Below, in pieces: positions 50,501 through 64,000 of a DNA stretch of 64,000 bases. Source of the DNA: Eledone cirrhosa (Eukaryota); assembly GCA_964016885.1 (NCBI GenBank), contig OZ024742.1, positions 260,710,001 to 260,774,000 on the forward strand, read 5' to 3'. Under the pieces are notes generated by a model, which worked only from the letters and a program-made list of their open reading frames with translations, was not told the origin of the DNA and did no database searches. Positions within the stretch are counted from its first letter, which is position 1; each line of letters opens with the position of its first letter. The translations under genes and the position numbers were made by a program.

Positions 50501-52005
50501 TGTATATCGTATAGAGTTTCTGCCTGCTCCTTTTCTACATATCAAGCAAGGCCACCTCCCTGATAGAATCAGGGTCCTGCCTTCTATTATGAAAACCCTC
50601 ATATATAAGAAGCAAAAAATAAACTAAAAAGAAGAGTGGAGGATATATAAAGAACAGTTATGTTTCTGTTGTGAAAATCTTTTTGTAGCTTCCATGAATT
50701 GGAATATCTTATTCATGATTAGTGGATCCTTGACAATAGATTGCTCATCCAGCCTTGGTATTGTTCAACTAGACCAGGTAAGTGAAGGTACATGGTTTAG
50801 TGGTTAAGGTGCTGGACTCACAATCATAAGGTCACATGTTGTGTTCTTCAGCAAGATGCTTCAATTCATATTTCTTTTCATGATAAAATACCTGGAAAAC
50901 CTCTCTGAGATATAACAACCTTGTAGGACAGCTAAACCTACATTGGTGTTGGCTGTAACAACATAAAACTGGGGCTTCTTTCATTAAAGCACTCAAGAAA
51001 CAGCTTTGTCGGAAGTCAACTAAATCTACATCAGTGTGAGCTGCAAATCTCATTTTCCATTTCAATTAGACAAGATTGTCAAATATCCAATGTGTTCTAG
51101 CAGTTCAAATATGGTGACATTTTTATAATCTCTTCTTCATTGTTTTCATGGTGTTACATAATGTGATCTACCTAATTATGAAATTTTGAGAATTTCTGTA
51201 TTCTGTTTATTCAACCATATATAGACCTCCCTTCTCTCTGCTCTATATTTATTAAGTCCTGCTCCTATGAACCTTTTATCACAACTCACTTATGTCACTA
51301 TGCTCAACCTAGCCTAAATCTCATTATATACATGTCTATACTACGTCTTTTCCCTCATTTTCTTACTTTTGTATTTTTCAATATCTCTATTCTCTCGTCT
51401 TATTACTGTCGCTATTTTAGTGTATCTGGTATTACTGAGGCGACAACTTCTCACACAACACACAGCAACAAAAATTATGGAGAATATGAAAAACTGAAAA
51501 ATGACTTTATGAAGAAGACATGTATGTGACAAAGGTTATCTAACCTTAATGGAATTTTCTGAAGATTGGAAATAAATTTACTGGTTGATTTTTATCTGAT
51601 GATTCAACTCGAGAGATTTAATAGAAATTTTCACATGGCTAATTTGTAGTATTATCATCAACATCATCATTTCACGTCCACTTTTCCCTGCTTGCAAGGG
51701 TGGGACGGGTCCTATTCAGCACAGCATCTCTCTACTTGTCATGGTCCTTCGTCATGTTTCAATTGTTTAGATTTTATCACAAAATTAAAATCTGGGAGAA
51801 TGAATCTGTCCTTAAATATATTTGAAATATTTATTTACAGTTGAGACATAGCTACACATATTTTCACTTCTTAATTTGTTTATTATCAGAGAAATCATCT
51901 GCAGTAGGTTGAACTTAGTAGTCTAGCAGGTTAATTACACTGCCTTATAAACCCCTAAATTAACTTCAAAATATTAGATAAAATAAGAACTTGTATTTTT
52001 TAGCA

Positions 52006-52923
52006 ATGAATGACATTATGGAAGGTAGACTGTGTGACAATCAAGTTTATCAAGAAACACAATGGGAAAATAATAAGTTTCCTCACCAAACTGAGGAAGA
52101 TATAGGGAAGAAATCCTATGATTTTGACATCAATGCAAGGACATTTGGAAAATGTGAGGACATGAATGATGTTCACAATAAAACATTTTCAAGTAGTATT
52201 AATATGACTAGTCCCAAAAGTGTCTACTCTGAGGAGAAAACATACAGTTGTGATATCTGTGGTAGAACATTCTCTCGTAGTGGTGACTTCACTGTTCACA
52301 TACGTACACACACAGGAGAGACACCATACCACTGTGATTTCTGTGGTAAAACATTCGCTCGGAATTATGACTTGACAGTTCACACACGTAGTCACACAGG
52401 TGAGAAACCATACCACTGTGATATCTGTGGTAAAACATTCTGTAAAAATTCCAATTTAACTCTTCACAAGCAGACTCACACAGGTGAAAAACCTTACTTC
52501 TGTGATGTCTGTGGTAAAACATTTTGTAAAAATTCTAATCTAACTCTTCACAAACGTATTCACACAGGTGAGAAACCTTACTTCTGTGATGTCTGTGGGA
52601 AATCATTCCGTAAAAATTCTAATCTGACTCTTCACCAATCTACTCACACAGGTGAGAAACCTTACTTCTGTGATGTCTGTGGAAAAACATTCCGTAAAAA
52701 TTCTAATTTAACTCATCACCAACGTACTCACACAGGTGAGAAACCTTACTTTTGTGATGTCTGTGGGAAAACATTTAGTAAAAGTTCTAACCTGACTAGC
52801 CACAAACGTACTCACACAGGTGAAAAGCCATTTCACTGTGATATCTGTGGTAAAACATTTTCAAGGAATAATTATTTGACTAATCACAAATATACTCATG
52901 CAGGTGAGAAACCACCACTTTGA
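52006..52923 (+). CDS. C2H2 zinc-finger protein, 8 fingers
   Basis: Intact ORF with HTGEKPYFCDVCGKTF repeats; first ATG at 52006; decayed fingers follow the stop. Confidence 0.93.
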   Translation: MNDIMEGRLCDNQVYQETQWENNKFPHQTEEDIGKKSYDFDINARTFGKCEDMNDVHNKTFSSSINMTSPKSVYSEEKTYSCDICGRTFSRSGDFTVHIRTHTGETPYHCDFCGKTFARNYDLTVHTRSHTGEKPYHCDICGKTFCKNSNLTLHKQTHTGEKPYFCDVCGKTFCKNSNLTLHKRIHTGEKPYFCDVCGKSFRKNSNLTLHQSTHTGEKPYFCDVCGKTFRKNSNLTHHQRTHTGEKPYFCDVCGKTFSKSSNLTSHKRTHTGEKPFHCDICGKTFSRNNYLTNHKYTHAGEKPPL

Positions 52924-53195
52924 TGTGTGGTAAAACAGTCTCTTGTAATTATGATTTCACTACTCACATATCTCTGGTATATATTATCCTGTAAAAATTG
53001 TAATGTCACTCTCCACAAACACTTATACTTGTGAAACATCTTATAAACCTTGTTTAAAAATTCTACTTTTCTTAGTCACAAACTATTTATGAATATTCAT
53101 ACACAAATTTATAAATGTCTTTTACAATTCCAAACTTGCTTTTTATGGTAAGCTACAGCTCATTTTTATTCCACTATCTTCAAGAACATGGAACC

Positions 53196-53790
53196 TAACC
53201 CTTTGTTTACCATATTTCTAATGAAAACTCTTTCAATGACTTAAAAATAATTTGGAGATTTAGTAATATAACTTATTTTCTCATTGAGTTGGTGTTTGGA
53301 ACATATATCTTAAAGGTTGTTACATAAAATTATGGAAATTTTTAGATAATTATAAGCACTTTAATTCTTTCTTTACTATATTTTTAATGAAAGACGCTAC
53401 CTATGATTTTCAATTCTAAAATAAAGAATTTGGAGGGATTTAGTTATATAACTTTCTCATTATTGAACATATCTAAAAAAGGCTTTTACATAAAATTTTG
53501 ATAAAGTTTATAGATAAATCAAAACATTTTAAACTGAAAAGAAAATTTACTATAATTGATAAAGGTGATTTATTTCTTAAATTATGATCTTGCCTAATTA
53601 CATAATCTTTCAAACTGCCTGAAACCATCCTTGGTTCTAAAATAAGCTGTATATTTTGAAATCATAATTTTATGTACAACCCTTTGTTACGTTCCAAATG
53701 TATGCAAAAGTTAAATCACACCAAATCCTTGGTTGTGATAAAAATTATTTGTAAATAAGCTGTATCTTTCATTAGAAATATGGTAACAAA
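53196..53790. mobile_element. piggyBac-like MITE remnants
   Basis: AACCCTTTGTTTACCATATTTCTAATGAAA start, repeated unit at 53376, inverted TTTCATTAGAAATATGGTAACAAAAG at 53767-53792. Confidence 0.55.
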
Positions 53791-55399
53791 AGATGTCCAT
53801 GAAATTTTGACTAACAGAAGTGTTGAAAAATAGAATATTGAACATAAATTTGATAACAATAAGCAAGATTCTAGAATCTAGTTTTCCTGGAGGAGTTAAA
53901 TAAAATAATTAATAACTTCAAGTTTACAAACAACTGATGTTAACACAGTGGAATGTATTCAAGCCTATAAAGTTCAGATTCCTCTGTAATATTTATCCTA
54001 TTTTACATTGTGTAATAAAATTAAATACATTTTTATTGTAGGTGTAATTTGTAAATTTATTTTTTTGTTTTTATTGACTATATTAATCTGACCCACAGAT
54101 TAAACATTTGGTGGTATTTATTCCAGCTGAATTCAAACCTCACCAAGGTCAACTTACAAGATTAATGATAATGTACCAGTCTAGGACAATGAACAACAGA
54201 ATTGTTAAAGTATCTGATGTGAAATCTTGTATCTCTTTTGTAGTTTGAGTTTACCTGACATCATTGGTATGTGTCTCTTACTATAGCTGCTGATCAAACC
54301 AAACCTAGTTTGGGAAATTCAATGTAGGAAAGGTGTTGAGTGAATTGTAATTTGAATATACAGCCTTGTAGTATTAATTCTACTTTTGAATTACATTAAT
54401 GTAATACAGTCATTGTGCAGTTTCATACTTTTCAAGAATGTCTTGCTAATGTGGTACAGGAAGGACAAAGAGTTAAAATATCAACTGAATAAAAAATATT
54501 GGAATTAGTATTATACACCAGCAAATTTTAACATCTTTATTGGTTATGAAATAATTCCATAACTGCAGAACATGACTTCTGAGTTATTGTGTGTGATGTG
54601 GTTAACATTGGACTCAAGAGGAGTGATATTTTAGCTGACTGACCAACATTTTGAAGAGAAAGAAAATAAAAAACAAACATGACAATAGTTAAGGTGTTCA
54701 GTTCATGAGTTTGATTCCCAGCAGTGAAATGCCCTGGAGCAAGACACTTTATTTTATGTAACTCCAATTCACAGCTTTGTCATACACACAGTCATGCTGA
54801 ATCAGCCTGAGAACGAAGTTAAGGGTACACGTCTGGAATGCTCAACCATTTGGACATTAACTGGAACACAGCTCATCAGAACTGACAGTTTATTTATGTA
54901 TTTCTTTTATCAAGTTAAGCGTTTTGAAAAAAGAAATTTCTATATTTCTGAAATGAGTAGTTATTAGAATAGAAAATACTGTTCACATATCGTCCCCCAT
55001 AACATTAAAGATATTTTTTTTTGTGTATCTGTCAGAAACACATCAAACTATCCAATATTTGACTGTACTGCAAAATAGTCTAGCTTGAGTATTTATTGAG
55101 GTGCTGTGACCATTACAAAATACAGGAAATTTATTTCTGTCTTGAAGAAATTATGACAGAAAAACAAGAATTGATGCTGAAACATGGTCTGAAAATAGTG
55201 ATTTATCTCATCAGTCTCAGAAATGAACTGATGCCTCCTCCATTATATTTTTTTGTAAAAATCCCAAAGAATCTTTTAAGTTAATGAACATAAACTACTT
55301 CTCACAAGTTCAAACATTTACCTTTATGAAATTAGCTAATACGTTCATTATAGGGTGTATTCAGATTTTATGGGAATGTTCAGACAATATGTCAAACAT

Positions 55400-55670
55400 A
55401 TTCCCATAGGTGACAAAACATACCACTGTGATATTTATAGTAAAATATTTACTGAAAATAATAATTTAAGTTGTCACAAATGTATTCACATGGGTAAGAA
55501 ACCATATGCTCTCTGTGAGAAAATATACCATTGGCATACTTCACTTATCTTCTCACAAATGTATTCACACAGGTGAAAAACTACACCATTGAGATATCTG
55601 TGGTGAAACATTCTCTATTTGTATTCATATAAGTAGAAATTATTATTATATTTGTGGTAAATAATTCTCA
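55400..55670 (+). pseudogene. Decayed C2H2-ZNF array
   Basis: GDKTYHCDIYSKIF...HKCIHMGKKPY then frameshifted fingers. Confidence 0.75.
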
Positions 55671-58600
55671 GAATACATTAAATAATGCGACAAACTATAT
55701 GAGGATAAAAAGATGGGTATTGCCACATGATATTTAACAAAATCCTGATAGAATACCTATAAAAGTTGCAATTCTATGTTGAAACCTGATATAAAGCCGT
55801 TCTCACTGAAGATACCACAATGGGTACCCCATCTACTGATGCTAAAAGTAAAAAAAAATTAAAAAATTATAGCATATGAACAGTAAAAGAGTGGAAGAGG
55901 TCATGTTAGAATAGGTTACTGGTAAATCCTAGCCAAGGAATCGGCTTAGACCACCATTATTACACCTTTCAGACAGGTTTACTTTAAATGGTTACAACTT
56001 GGATTGCATAATCACCCAAAAACTTCCATATACAGACAATGAGAATGCACGTAGGATGAACAGGACTCTCGTGGTCATGCAGTGTTGCAGAATATTGTCA
56101 ATGTAGGAAGGAATAACTCAACACGGAGAAATGTTAGTTTTCAAAAAAGGAAGTTAAATTCTTTGGACACAATGTTTCAGATGAGGGAGGAAAGTGAGAC
56201 CCATGAAAAATTGCAGCAATAAGAGATGCAGAAAACTACCAAAGTATATGAGCCATAGGGTTTCTTGGAGGACAATACATCAGTTAGGAAAGTTTATTCT
56301 TCAGTTAGCAGAAAAGGATAAACCACCAAGGAAGCCACTTCGTACATTTGTTAGTTACGGAATAGTGAAAAGCATACACTTGAAAGGTTATTACATACAT
56401 GCTAGATATAATGATGCAACATTTCCCTAGCTAACAATCCTGTGAAATCAAAGTAGACATATACAGCCATGCTGTTTACTATCATCAATATGATGATTGT
56501 AACAGTTTTAACTCATGTAAACGAACTTGTTAATCCATAACCATTATCATCAACATCATTTAACATGGGTTGGGTGGATCATCACAGACCAAGTCTACTT
56601 AATTAGAGCTACTGGCCTCTCAGACAGGCCAGGAGCCCATGTTTTGCTTACATTCATTCTAGCACATTACAGTGTACTAGGTGCATTTTATTATGGCACC
56701 AACACTAGGGAGATTGTCATGTCTTTGACACAAATATAGCTATCATATTTAGAAAAATGTAAAGCAAAGAATTATAAAATTGTGTAATCCCATTTTTTAG
56801 AATAGGTACACCATATCCTTGCATGTTTTAAGAAGTTACTAAAACAAAACTATCCTTTATAAAACACTGGTCCACCCAATTCATGCCACCTCGAAAAAGG
56901 GCAACAGAAAAAAACCCTGATGATATCGCTTACACACACATCAAGTCCAGGAATTGAACTCCTGACTATATGATGAGATTAACTCCCTAATCACTGGGTC
57001 ATATGACTTGACATACACACACATTTAGAAATCAAGTTTTTGTAACTAAAAGTAAACATTGAGTGACTGTTTTCATAAAGCTGCTGGGTCATTTCATTGC
57101 TATGAACAAGGAACGTTTTAGTATGTTGATAGCCATCTGTTTAAGTTGGACATCAAGAAAGAATTAGATTACAAGTCTATCTTCAACATCAACAAGCATT
57201 TGAAGGCTATTTTCCTTGCTAAAGAGAGGCCCCATGCCAAATTTCTCCACTTTGCCCTATTGTCTGCATTCTCCTTCACTAACTCTGTGGCAATGTTATA
57301 TTCAGTCAGCATTGTTGCCATAATAATCTATAGTTTCAAATGAGTCAGTTGTTCAGCACATATCATCACTTCATCATCTTGTCTGTAGGTTCAACATCCA
57401 GAGATCTGTCCTCAATACTTTAACCATGAATATGTAACAACTACTACAAAAATCAATATTATTCAACATATACAATCAAATTGTGAGAAGGGGGGAAAAA
57501 AAGTCAATTTGTATTGTCACATTTTGAAAAAATGTTGTTTTGTAGGTTATAATTTAGTAATTGTATCATTGTTGACACTGGTTCTTAGATAAGTATCTCC
57601 TGAATGGGACCCAGGCATCCTGCCATATATTAGTCTCTGGAAGTAAAGCTAGATAGAAAAACTAATTTACACCTCTCTAGAATGGTTTAAAGATGTCATG
57701 TTTCTGAGGTTATTTATCACACATAATGTTAGATGAGAGGAAGATATAGGCATATAGTCACAATAGTCAATAGATTTGAGATTGTATACATGGCTATAGC
57801 TTCAGTGAGTAATCTTTGAGGCAGCTTATATATATATTTCACAGATAGATCAACTCCCAATGTTGATCTTGCTGTAAACACTTCCCTGACTATCAGTCTG
57901 GGCGATGATAGTCATCAAAAGTTTATTTATAATCCAGGGGTCAACAAATGTTTAGAGATCCCAATGTTTCTACTTGCAACAAGGGAATCTTTTCTCGACA
58001 AAGTATAAGATTGAAGTATGAACCAGAAGATGATGTTACACTACTGTAAATGTAGAAGGTTCCTTACTTTTGAGTTCAATCCAGTAGATTATGTTATATG
58101 GACCTGAAAGATAAAATACAAATGGCTAGTGAAAATGGTTAGTGTAAGACAGAGGTGGTTGTGATGGTTTAGATGCTATAGTAACTGTTGTGAGATATTA
58201 CTGGGTAATGTAAGACATGTAGCTGTGATGGTATTGAATATGGAAGTAAACGATGGATAACAAATATGAATAATGGTGAGAGTGGTAAAAGTCAATAAAG
58301 AATCTCAAAGGGAACATAGAGAAAGATGCTTAGAGATGGGTGACCATACTAGATATAGTCAGATCTGATGCCATCCCTCATTACACAGGTTTTGGTAATG
58401 GGAGTTAGGTGTAGTAATAGTGGGTTGATGATAAGAGAAAGATAGTGTGGTAATGATAATAGGAAATTGTTGCATGTGAGATGAGTAAACTTCAAGATTT
58501 AATGAAATGTAGAAAATCTGTTCTAGATATATACCCATTGTTTGGCACCTGCCAATACGTTTCTTCCTTCAGGAGAAATGAATTGATTCCCCACCTCCAA

Positions 58601-58789
58601 GGATCTAAATAATAGTAAAAGGAAGACACATAGAAAATGCATAGTTGTGTCATTGGCACAACCTCTCTAGTGTCGGTGCCACAATAAAACACACCCAATA
58701 TACTTTGTAATGGGAAGAGCATCCAGACATAGAAAACTTGTCAAAATCATGACATCCCTAACGCTGATGCCACAATAAAATACACAGGA

Positions 58790-59260
58790 TATTAATGCCA
58801 ATAGAGCTCAAGCTTAGTTGTCATCTAACAAAATAGCAACAAAATGAAAATAAAATCTAAATCAAGACCTAAGATTCTTCAGAGCAACAATAAAGAATGT
58901 GCTGATGTATGGTGCCAAAACATGGATATTAACAAAGGTTCTCCAAAACCAATTGGACAGTGCCCACACAAGATTGTTATGAGCAACACTTAACACATCA
59001 ATAAGGGAATATAAAACCAATGCTGAACTTTATGGGAATCTACCATCAATAACAACTACATTGCACCAACAAAGGTTAACGTTCATAGGTCACGGTTGGA
59101 GAAGCAAAGATGAAATAGTAGATCAGTTACTGCTACGGAAACCTAATCATAGTAAAAGATCCAGAATACCTCACTTTACATACACCGACTTAGTACAGAT
59201 TTGGAGATTGTACCTGCTGCTAATGACAATTATGTCTACTGGGTTATTTGTTAGAAGTGT
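58790..59260 (+). mobile_element. RTE-clade LINE 3' remnant
   Basis: FFRATIKNVLMYGAKTW...TNAELYGNLPSI...RLTFIGHGWRS. Confidence 0.75.
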
Positions 59261-60379
59261 CTGAGTTTACTTGATCTGATAAATAGAACTTAGTCAGAAT
59301 ACTACAAATTTTGGATGATAGGTACACTTGATTGAATCAACCCCTGTACAGCACTGGTACTTATTTTATAACCCAGTGGACAAAACACTAAATTATTAAT
59401 GAATCCTAGCATTGGCACAAACACACAATAAACTGACCCCTAATACTTGACTAGTACTTATTTTATCTCCAGTCCACCTACAAGAATAAAAAGGAAAGTC
59501 AATCAGGCAGGATTTGACCTTAAAACATAAAAAAAAACTAACTGAATACAAGTTATTTTGCTGTACCTGCCAGTTTCTGACAACCAATATTTAATTTTCT
59601 TTTTTCTATTATTTTTAATTCTTTGTGAGAATAAAGCAAAACAGTATCAGATGTTTAAATTACCACAATCGAATAGCAGCCAATTGTGAGAGATGTGGTT
59701 TATCATTTTAAAATACCAATTACCAATTATAATACACCATCTGCCCTTCCATTACCAGATGAAAGAAAATCACTGCCTATGATTATCAATTTCAGAAATA
59801 ATCAAGGATTTGGAGAGACTTAGTAGCATAACTTCCTCATTATTAAGCCGCTGTTTTGAGCATAATTTAACAAAGGTTCTAACATAAAATTATGATAGGT
59901 TTTTAGATAAATATAAATACTTGTTATCATATTTTTAACGAAATATACTGTCTATATTTTATTAAAATCAAGAATTTAGAAGGATTTCGTAATATAACTA
60001 ACTTTCTAATTAAGTTAATGTTTGGACATAAATTAAAAGTATTTACATAAAATTATAATGGGAGGTTTAAATTGTGGCGATTTCAGGTGGTTTGGTATGA
60101 GAAGGGTTAAAACTAATTCATTCTCACAGCAATTAAGATTGCTTGAATTAATAGTCCATGTTTGCCTAGTACTGATCACAAAAAAGCAGATGGCCTAAGT
60201 TGGTGTCCTTGGAGTAGAGGACATTGTCTACTAAGCGATGCCACAGTAGTGGATAATGTGGCTTATAGGACATGTTCTTAAATGCACCATTCTTACGGGT
60301 CCTCTCGCTTATTCGTTAGGTACATATATACATAAAGTTAATATAATGAAAACGATTTACAAAAGAAACAAATCAATAG

Positions 60380-60670
60380 AAATTTATCAGAGGAAAAAAC
60401 CGTTCACTAAATTATACACGAGGTAAAACACATGGTATTATCGAAGGTGATTAAGGCGCTGGAAAAGCCAAGGCAACCTCACCAATATCACCCGATACTG
60501 CAGTAAGGTGAGCCACCAACACTAATAAGAACTTCGTCGTCAGCAGTCCTGCTCATCTGAGCATATCGAATGCCACAAGCTGTAAAAGAGGATAAATCAT
60601 GGTATTTCAATAGTTTATTCTGTTCAGTTATGGGTACAGAAACCCCCACTTTCGCCGCAGTACCCAGGAA
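60380..60670 (-). mobile_element. CRE-clade 3' stub
   Basis: CAGTAAGGTGAGCCACCAACA...AAGAACTTC matches 39900-39935; AAKVGVSVPITEQNKLLKYHDL. Confidence 0.65.
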
Positions 60671-61814
60671 GATTTCCAAATATTTAATGTTATCTACTAA
60701 TTATATATTTTTTCAACCCAACTTGAAAACACACAGATGTTTGTGGCCCTTGAACAGAATCGTTAATACATTTAACTGAGTGACATGCAGCTATCAACGA
60801 CCAAATCTATCGCTCATTGTGATGGCAGCTGTTATACAAGTTAGGATAACAGAAAAGAGAAAAGCTTAGAGCAAGTAAACAAAATGATTAATGAGGTTTA
60901 TCTCTATACGGACAAATAGGATTGATTTACTTTTTATTATTAACTTAATCATCTCAAATAATTATTCTGGTCTCTACTTTTATTTTAAACATATCTTTGT
61001 TGCGTTTTAAACATTTTATAATAAATATTACTGAATACATTGAATAAAGAGATTTAGGTATTAATACTACTTACATAACACTGTATTCCTATGGCAAATG
61101 TGAATTAATGTTCTCATGCCATCAGGCCTACAAACAAATGCAACATTGGAACCTTCGGCCGAACTTCTTATTTTTATGGCAAACCTCCAATGTCTGGCGA
61201 TACTTCAGTTCCGCTTTGAACCAAATAATTTACGTCTACTCGGAAAAGCTACACTTAGGCAGCCACTATGTGATCGTTAGACTTCTAGAAATAACAGCAA
61301 AATCTCCTCCTATAATCTTAAATGAAATAAAAAAAATGTTAGACAATGTACTCCTATATATACCCCTACGAAAATGGGATGGTGTTCATAAGTTTGCTCT
61401 GTCAGGGTTGACCTGGGGCTTAACAATACGTAAAGATTTTAATTCGGGGGGGGGGGGGGGGGGGTTAAAATAACGGTTTCTAATTCAAGCAAAGGTTAGC
61501 AATTGTAAAATAACAAAGGATAAACATCAGCTTAATCATGTTCAAAGAGATAAGCTGTCATCAACTGCGCTCTTAAAAATGGGTTTTGTTAAAAATTATT
61601 TCCCTGGTATAGTTACGTTTGTTATCAATTATTTAAAATGAAGAGGGAGAGTGTCTGGATCTTTACCTTTTATCTTAAGACTGTTATTTTAAAGAAATTT
61701 ATCGCATCATTTTTACGTGTAGTCCTTTCGTTGTTTCAGGTCAGCCCTGAACGGGGCGGACGTGAAATCAAACGCCGTGACCATCGAAGTCTTTTAAAAT
61801 CATGTAGGAATACA

Positions 61815-62003
61815 TTCGGTGGATTGGCAGTATCGGTAGAGGGTCGGACGCCATGCTTTCAAGCATAGTTACGTCCCTTTATGATCTGAGTTCAAATCCC
61901 GCCGAGGTTGACTTTGCCTTTCATCCTTACGGGGTCGATAAAATAAAGTACCAGTAATGCACTGGATAATTGCTGGCCTTGCGCCTAAAGTAGAAACAAT
62001 TAT
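61815..62003 (+). mobile_element. Meta-domain tRNA-derived SINE
   Basis: A-box-like TGGCAGTATCGG, B-box GAGTTCAAATCC, Meta-like domain; near-identical to 46128-46305. Confidence 0.8.
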
Positions 62004-62639
62004 ATAATATGTCCAGTAGGGCATGATTTAAGGGAGATTTGGTTGTTATTTCTAACATGTGAAAGCGACCATGTATAGAGGCTTGTTTGTTAACTAATAT
62101 TTATGTTTATCTATTGTAAGTGGACGAGAAGCTTCAGTGTAAGAAAATGAAACTCCTAGGTGATGTAACACTGTATTGGCGCCGAATATACTTCTTGAGA
62201 TAACATACTAAAGAATCTAACATCAATGCATGTTTGCTAGAAAGCAGCACCGATCTATTTTCAGTAAGATGTTAGTTTTGTCAAGAGAAGCCAACAAACC
62301 ATATTAAGGAAACTGCAGTGTAACGGACATCAGAGCAGCCAAGGGGGACAACAGCGTTGTCGCTTATTCCTTACTGTTTACGAAAAAGAGATTTATTTCA
62401 CAACTGTTTATTATGTAACATGTTAACTTTACAACGTAAACGCAAATGTTTATGTATATCTGTCCTTGTGTAGCAAACTATATAATTTAATACATACCAT
62501 GCTTTCAGAATCATTTTATAGGGTGATTGCGTTACTGATATGTATTTTCTTCTTCTTTGAACTAGGTTTTTATCACATGTAACGGCGAAATTAAAAAAAA
62601 ACATGCATATAAATAAACAGAATTTATATTTTTAAAATT

Positions 62640-63070
62640 ATATAAAATAGGAGGGATTGATAAAAGATACACACTGAATCACACGCCACAAGGGACGCTG
62701 GAGTTTCCCTCTAATAATTTTTAAGGTAAGCCAACATATTTGCTGCATTGTCGTGTGTGATACTGAGGTTATGGCGTTGGAATAATGAAACACCCTCGTG
62801 GGCAGCACCTGATAAATCGCTACAGCGTGTCGCCAACAATAACAAGAACTTTGTTGTCTGCGACCCAGCTCCTCCAAACAGCTCGAAAGGATAGTTTGCC
62901 GAACATGCTTAAAACGGAATGTACTGGACTAGTGATTCACCTCTATAATAAGTATAATTCACGCTCTATAATAAGTATGGACCTGCAACTCCCGATGGAG
63001 TCGTAGAACGCCATAGTGATGTGTGGCGTTTCTTGGGCATTTTAAACCTGGCAGGGCCTTATCCTTCTCC
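62640..63070 (-). mobile_element. CRE-clade 3' fragment
   Basis: Minus translation FELFGGAGSQTTKFLLLLATR...LFQRHNLSITHDNAANML; GCCAACAATAACAAGAACTT matches 39915-39933. Confidence 0.65.
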
Positions 63071-63099
63071 AGATGATTTTTTCCAGAGATAGGAAGTGA

Positions 63100-63255
63100 G
63101 CAAGAATCGACTCAAGTACTGGACTGGTAATTTATTTACCGACCTCGAAAGGACGAAAAGCAAAGCTGACCTTGGAGAAATTTAAACTCGAAGTGCAGAG
63201 CGAGAGAACGAATAACGCAAATCATTCAATGTTCTAACGGTTCTACCAGTTTGAT
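63100..63255 (-). mobile_element. Meta-domain SINE, diverged
   Basis: CTGGTAATTTATTTACCGACCTCGAAAGGACGAAAAGCAAAGCTGACCT antisense to Meta domain. Confidence 0.65.
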
Positions 63256-63279
63256 ATACATATAAATATTCTCTCTCCT

Positions 63280-63327
<48 letters not shown>

Positions 63328-63383
63328 GGTTAAGTGGTGAGCCTTGTTACTCCAGAGTAATAAGGCTCACCACTTAGCCATAA
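63328..63383. repeat. 26-bp-stem hairpin next to (TA)n
   Basis: ATGGTTAAGTGGTGAGCCTTGTTACT-CCAG-AGTAATAAGGCTCACCACTTAGCCAT. Confidence 0.9.
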
Positions 63384-64000
63384 TCAATGAATATTTAAAC
63401 TCAATTTCAGTATTGAGTACACATTTTCACATCTGTCAATAATACAACGAGGATATGTATATATTCGCAAACAATATCATAACTAAATGTGTCTTTATAC
63501 AGACGCTAGGTTGTATAGACACAGACCTGAAACAAACACAATTACAAGAGCCTTTCACTCATTGGTTTAACCACAGACAGTCAATATCTCTTCAATTCTG
63601 GGGCCGGATTCTTTAGGGTTGATAGGAAAGGCAAGCATTGCTCTTGGGTTAAAGGTAGATGTCTCATTTAGGACGTCACAGTTAGCAACTCTTTTACTCC
63701 TTCCAATATATGGATCCGTAGTCGAATGGAACATAATTCTCAAATACTAGCAATTATCGGCAAGTTATTTCGAACTGTTTGATTCGAGACGTTTTCTTTT
63801 TTTATATGTGTGTGGGGAGGTCACTGACAACGGTGTTCTTGGCAGCTTGCCATACTGACCATCAAGTACTGTTCTCGAAGTTGTTTGGTTATTCCACCAT
63901 CTCACCTTCGCTATCATTCGCAGCAATGCCGTGTGTTGGCTTGCCTAAAAAATTAGCACCATCTTGTGGCATAAAATTGCGTGTATTCTCCCGCTTCTCC

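Noticed and set aside
57560-58500. Possible minus-strand LINE RT remnant
   Set aside because: Only faint motif traces; too decayed to support

Overview
AT-rich, repeat-dense animal DNA, most consistent with an octopus/cephalopod C2H2 zinc-finger gene cluster (inference from tandem TGEKPY-linked ZNF exons, Meta-domain and RTE-tailed SINEs, and abundant microsatellites). Host content: three mostly intact single-exon C2H2-ZNF coding regions (16800-18008 -, 37582-38793 -, 52006-52923 +), decayed ZNF arrays, and an isolated RMND5-like first coding exon. Most of the rest is transposable elements: Gypsy gag/protease relics, a complete non-coding LTR element nested in another LTR, a near full-length CR1-like LINE with PHD ORF1, a twin-primed inverted CR1 copy, seven CRE-clade fragments all on the minus strand, a Penelope-like element with an inverted terminal repeat, RTE, Tx1, hAT, mariner, Merlin-like and piggyBac-like pieces. 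Two ribozyme-like folds (a variant hammerhead and a truncated HDV-like) are visible. I found no clearly novel multi-gene system; the best leads are mechanistic ones listed under findings. All calls are by-eye motif recognition, no searches were run, and boundaries of decayed elements are approximate.
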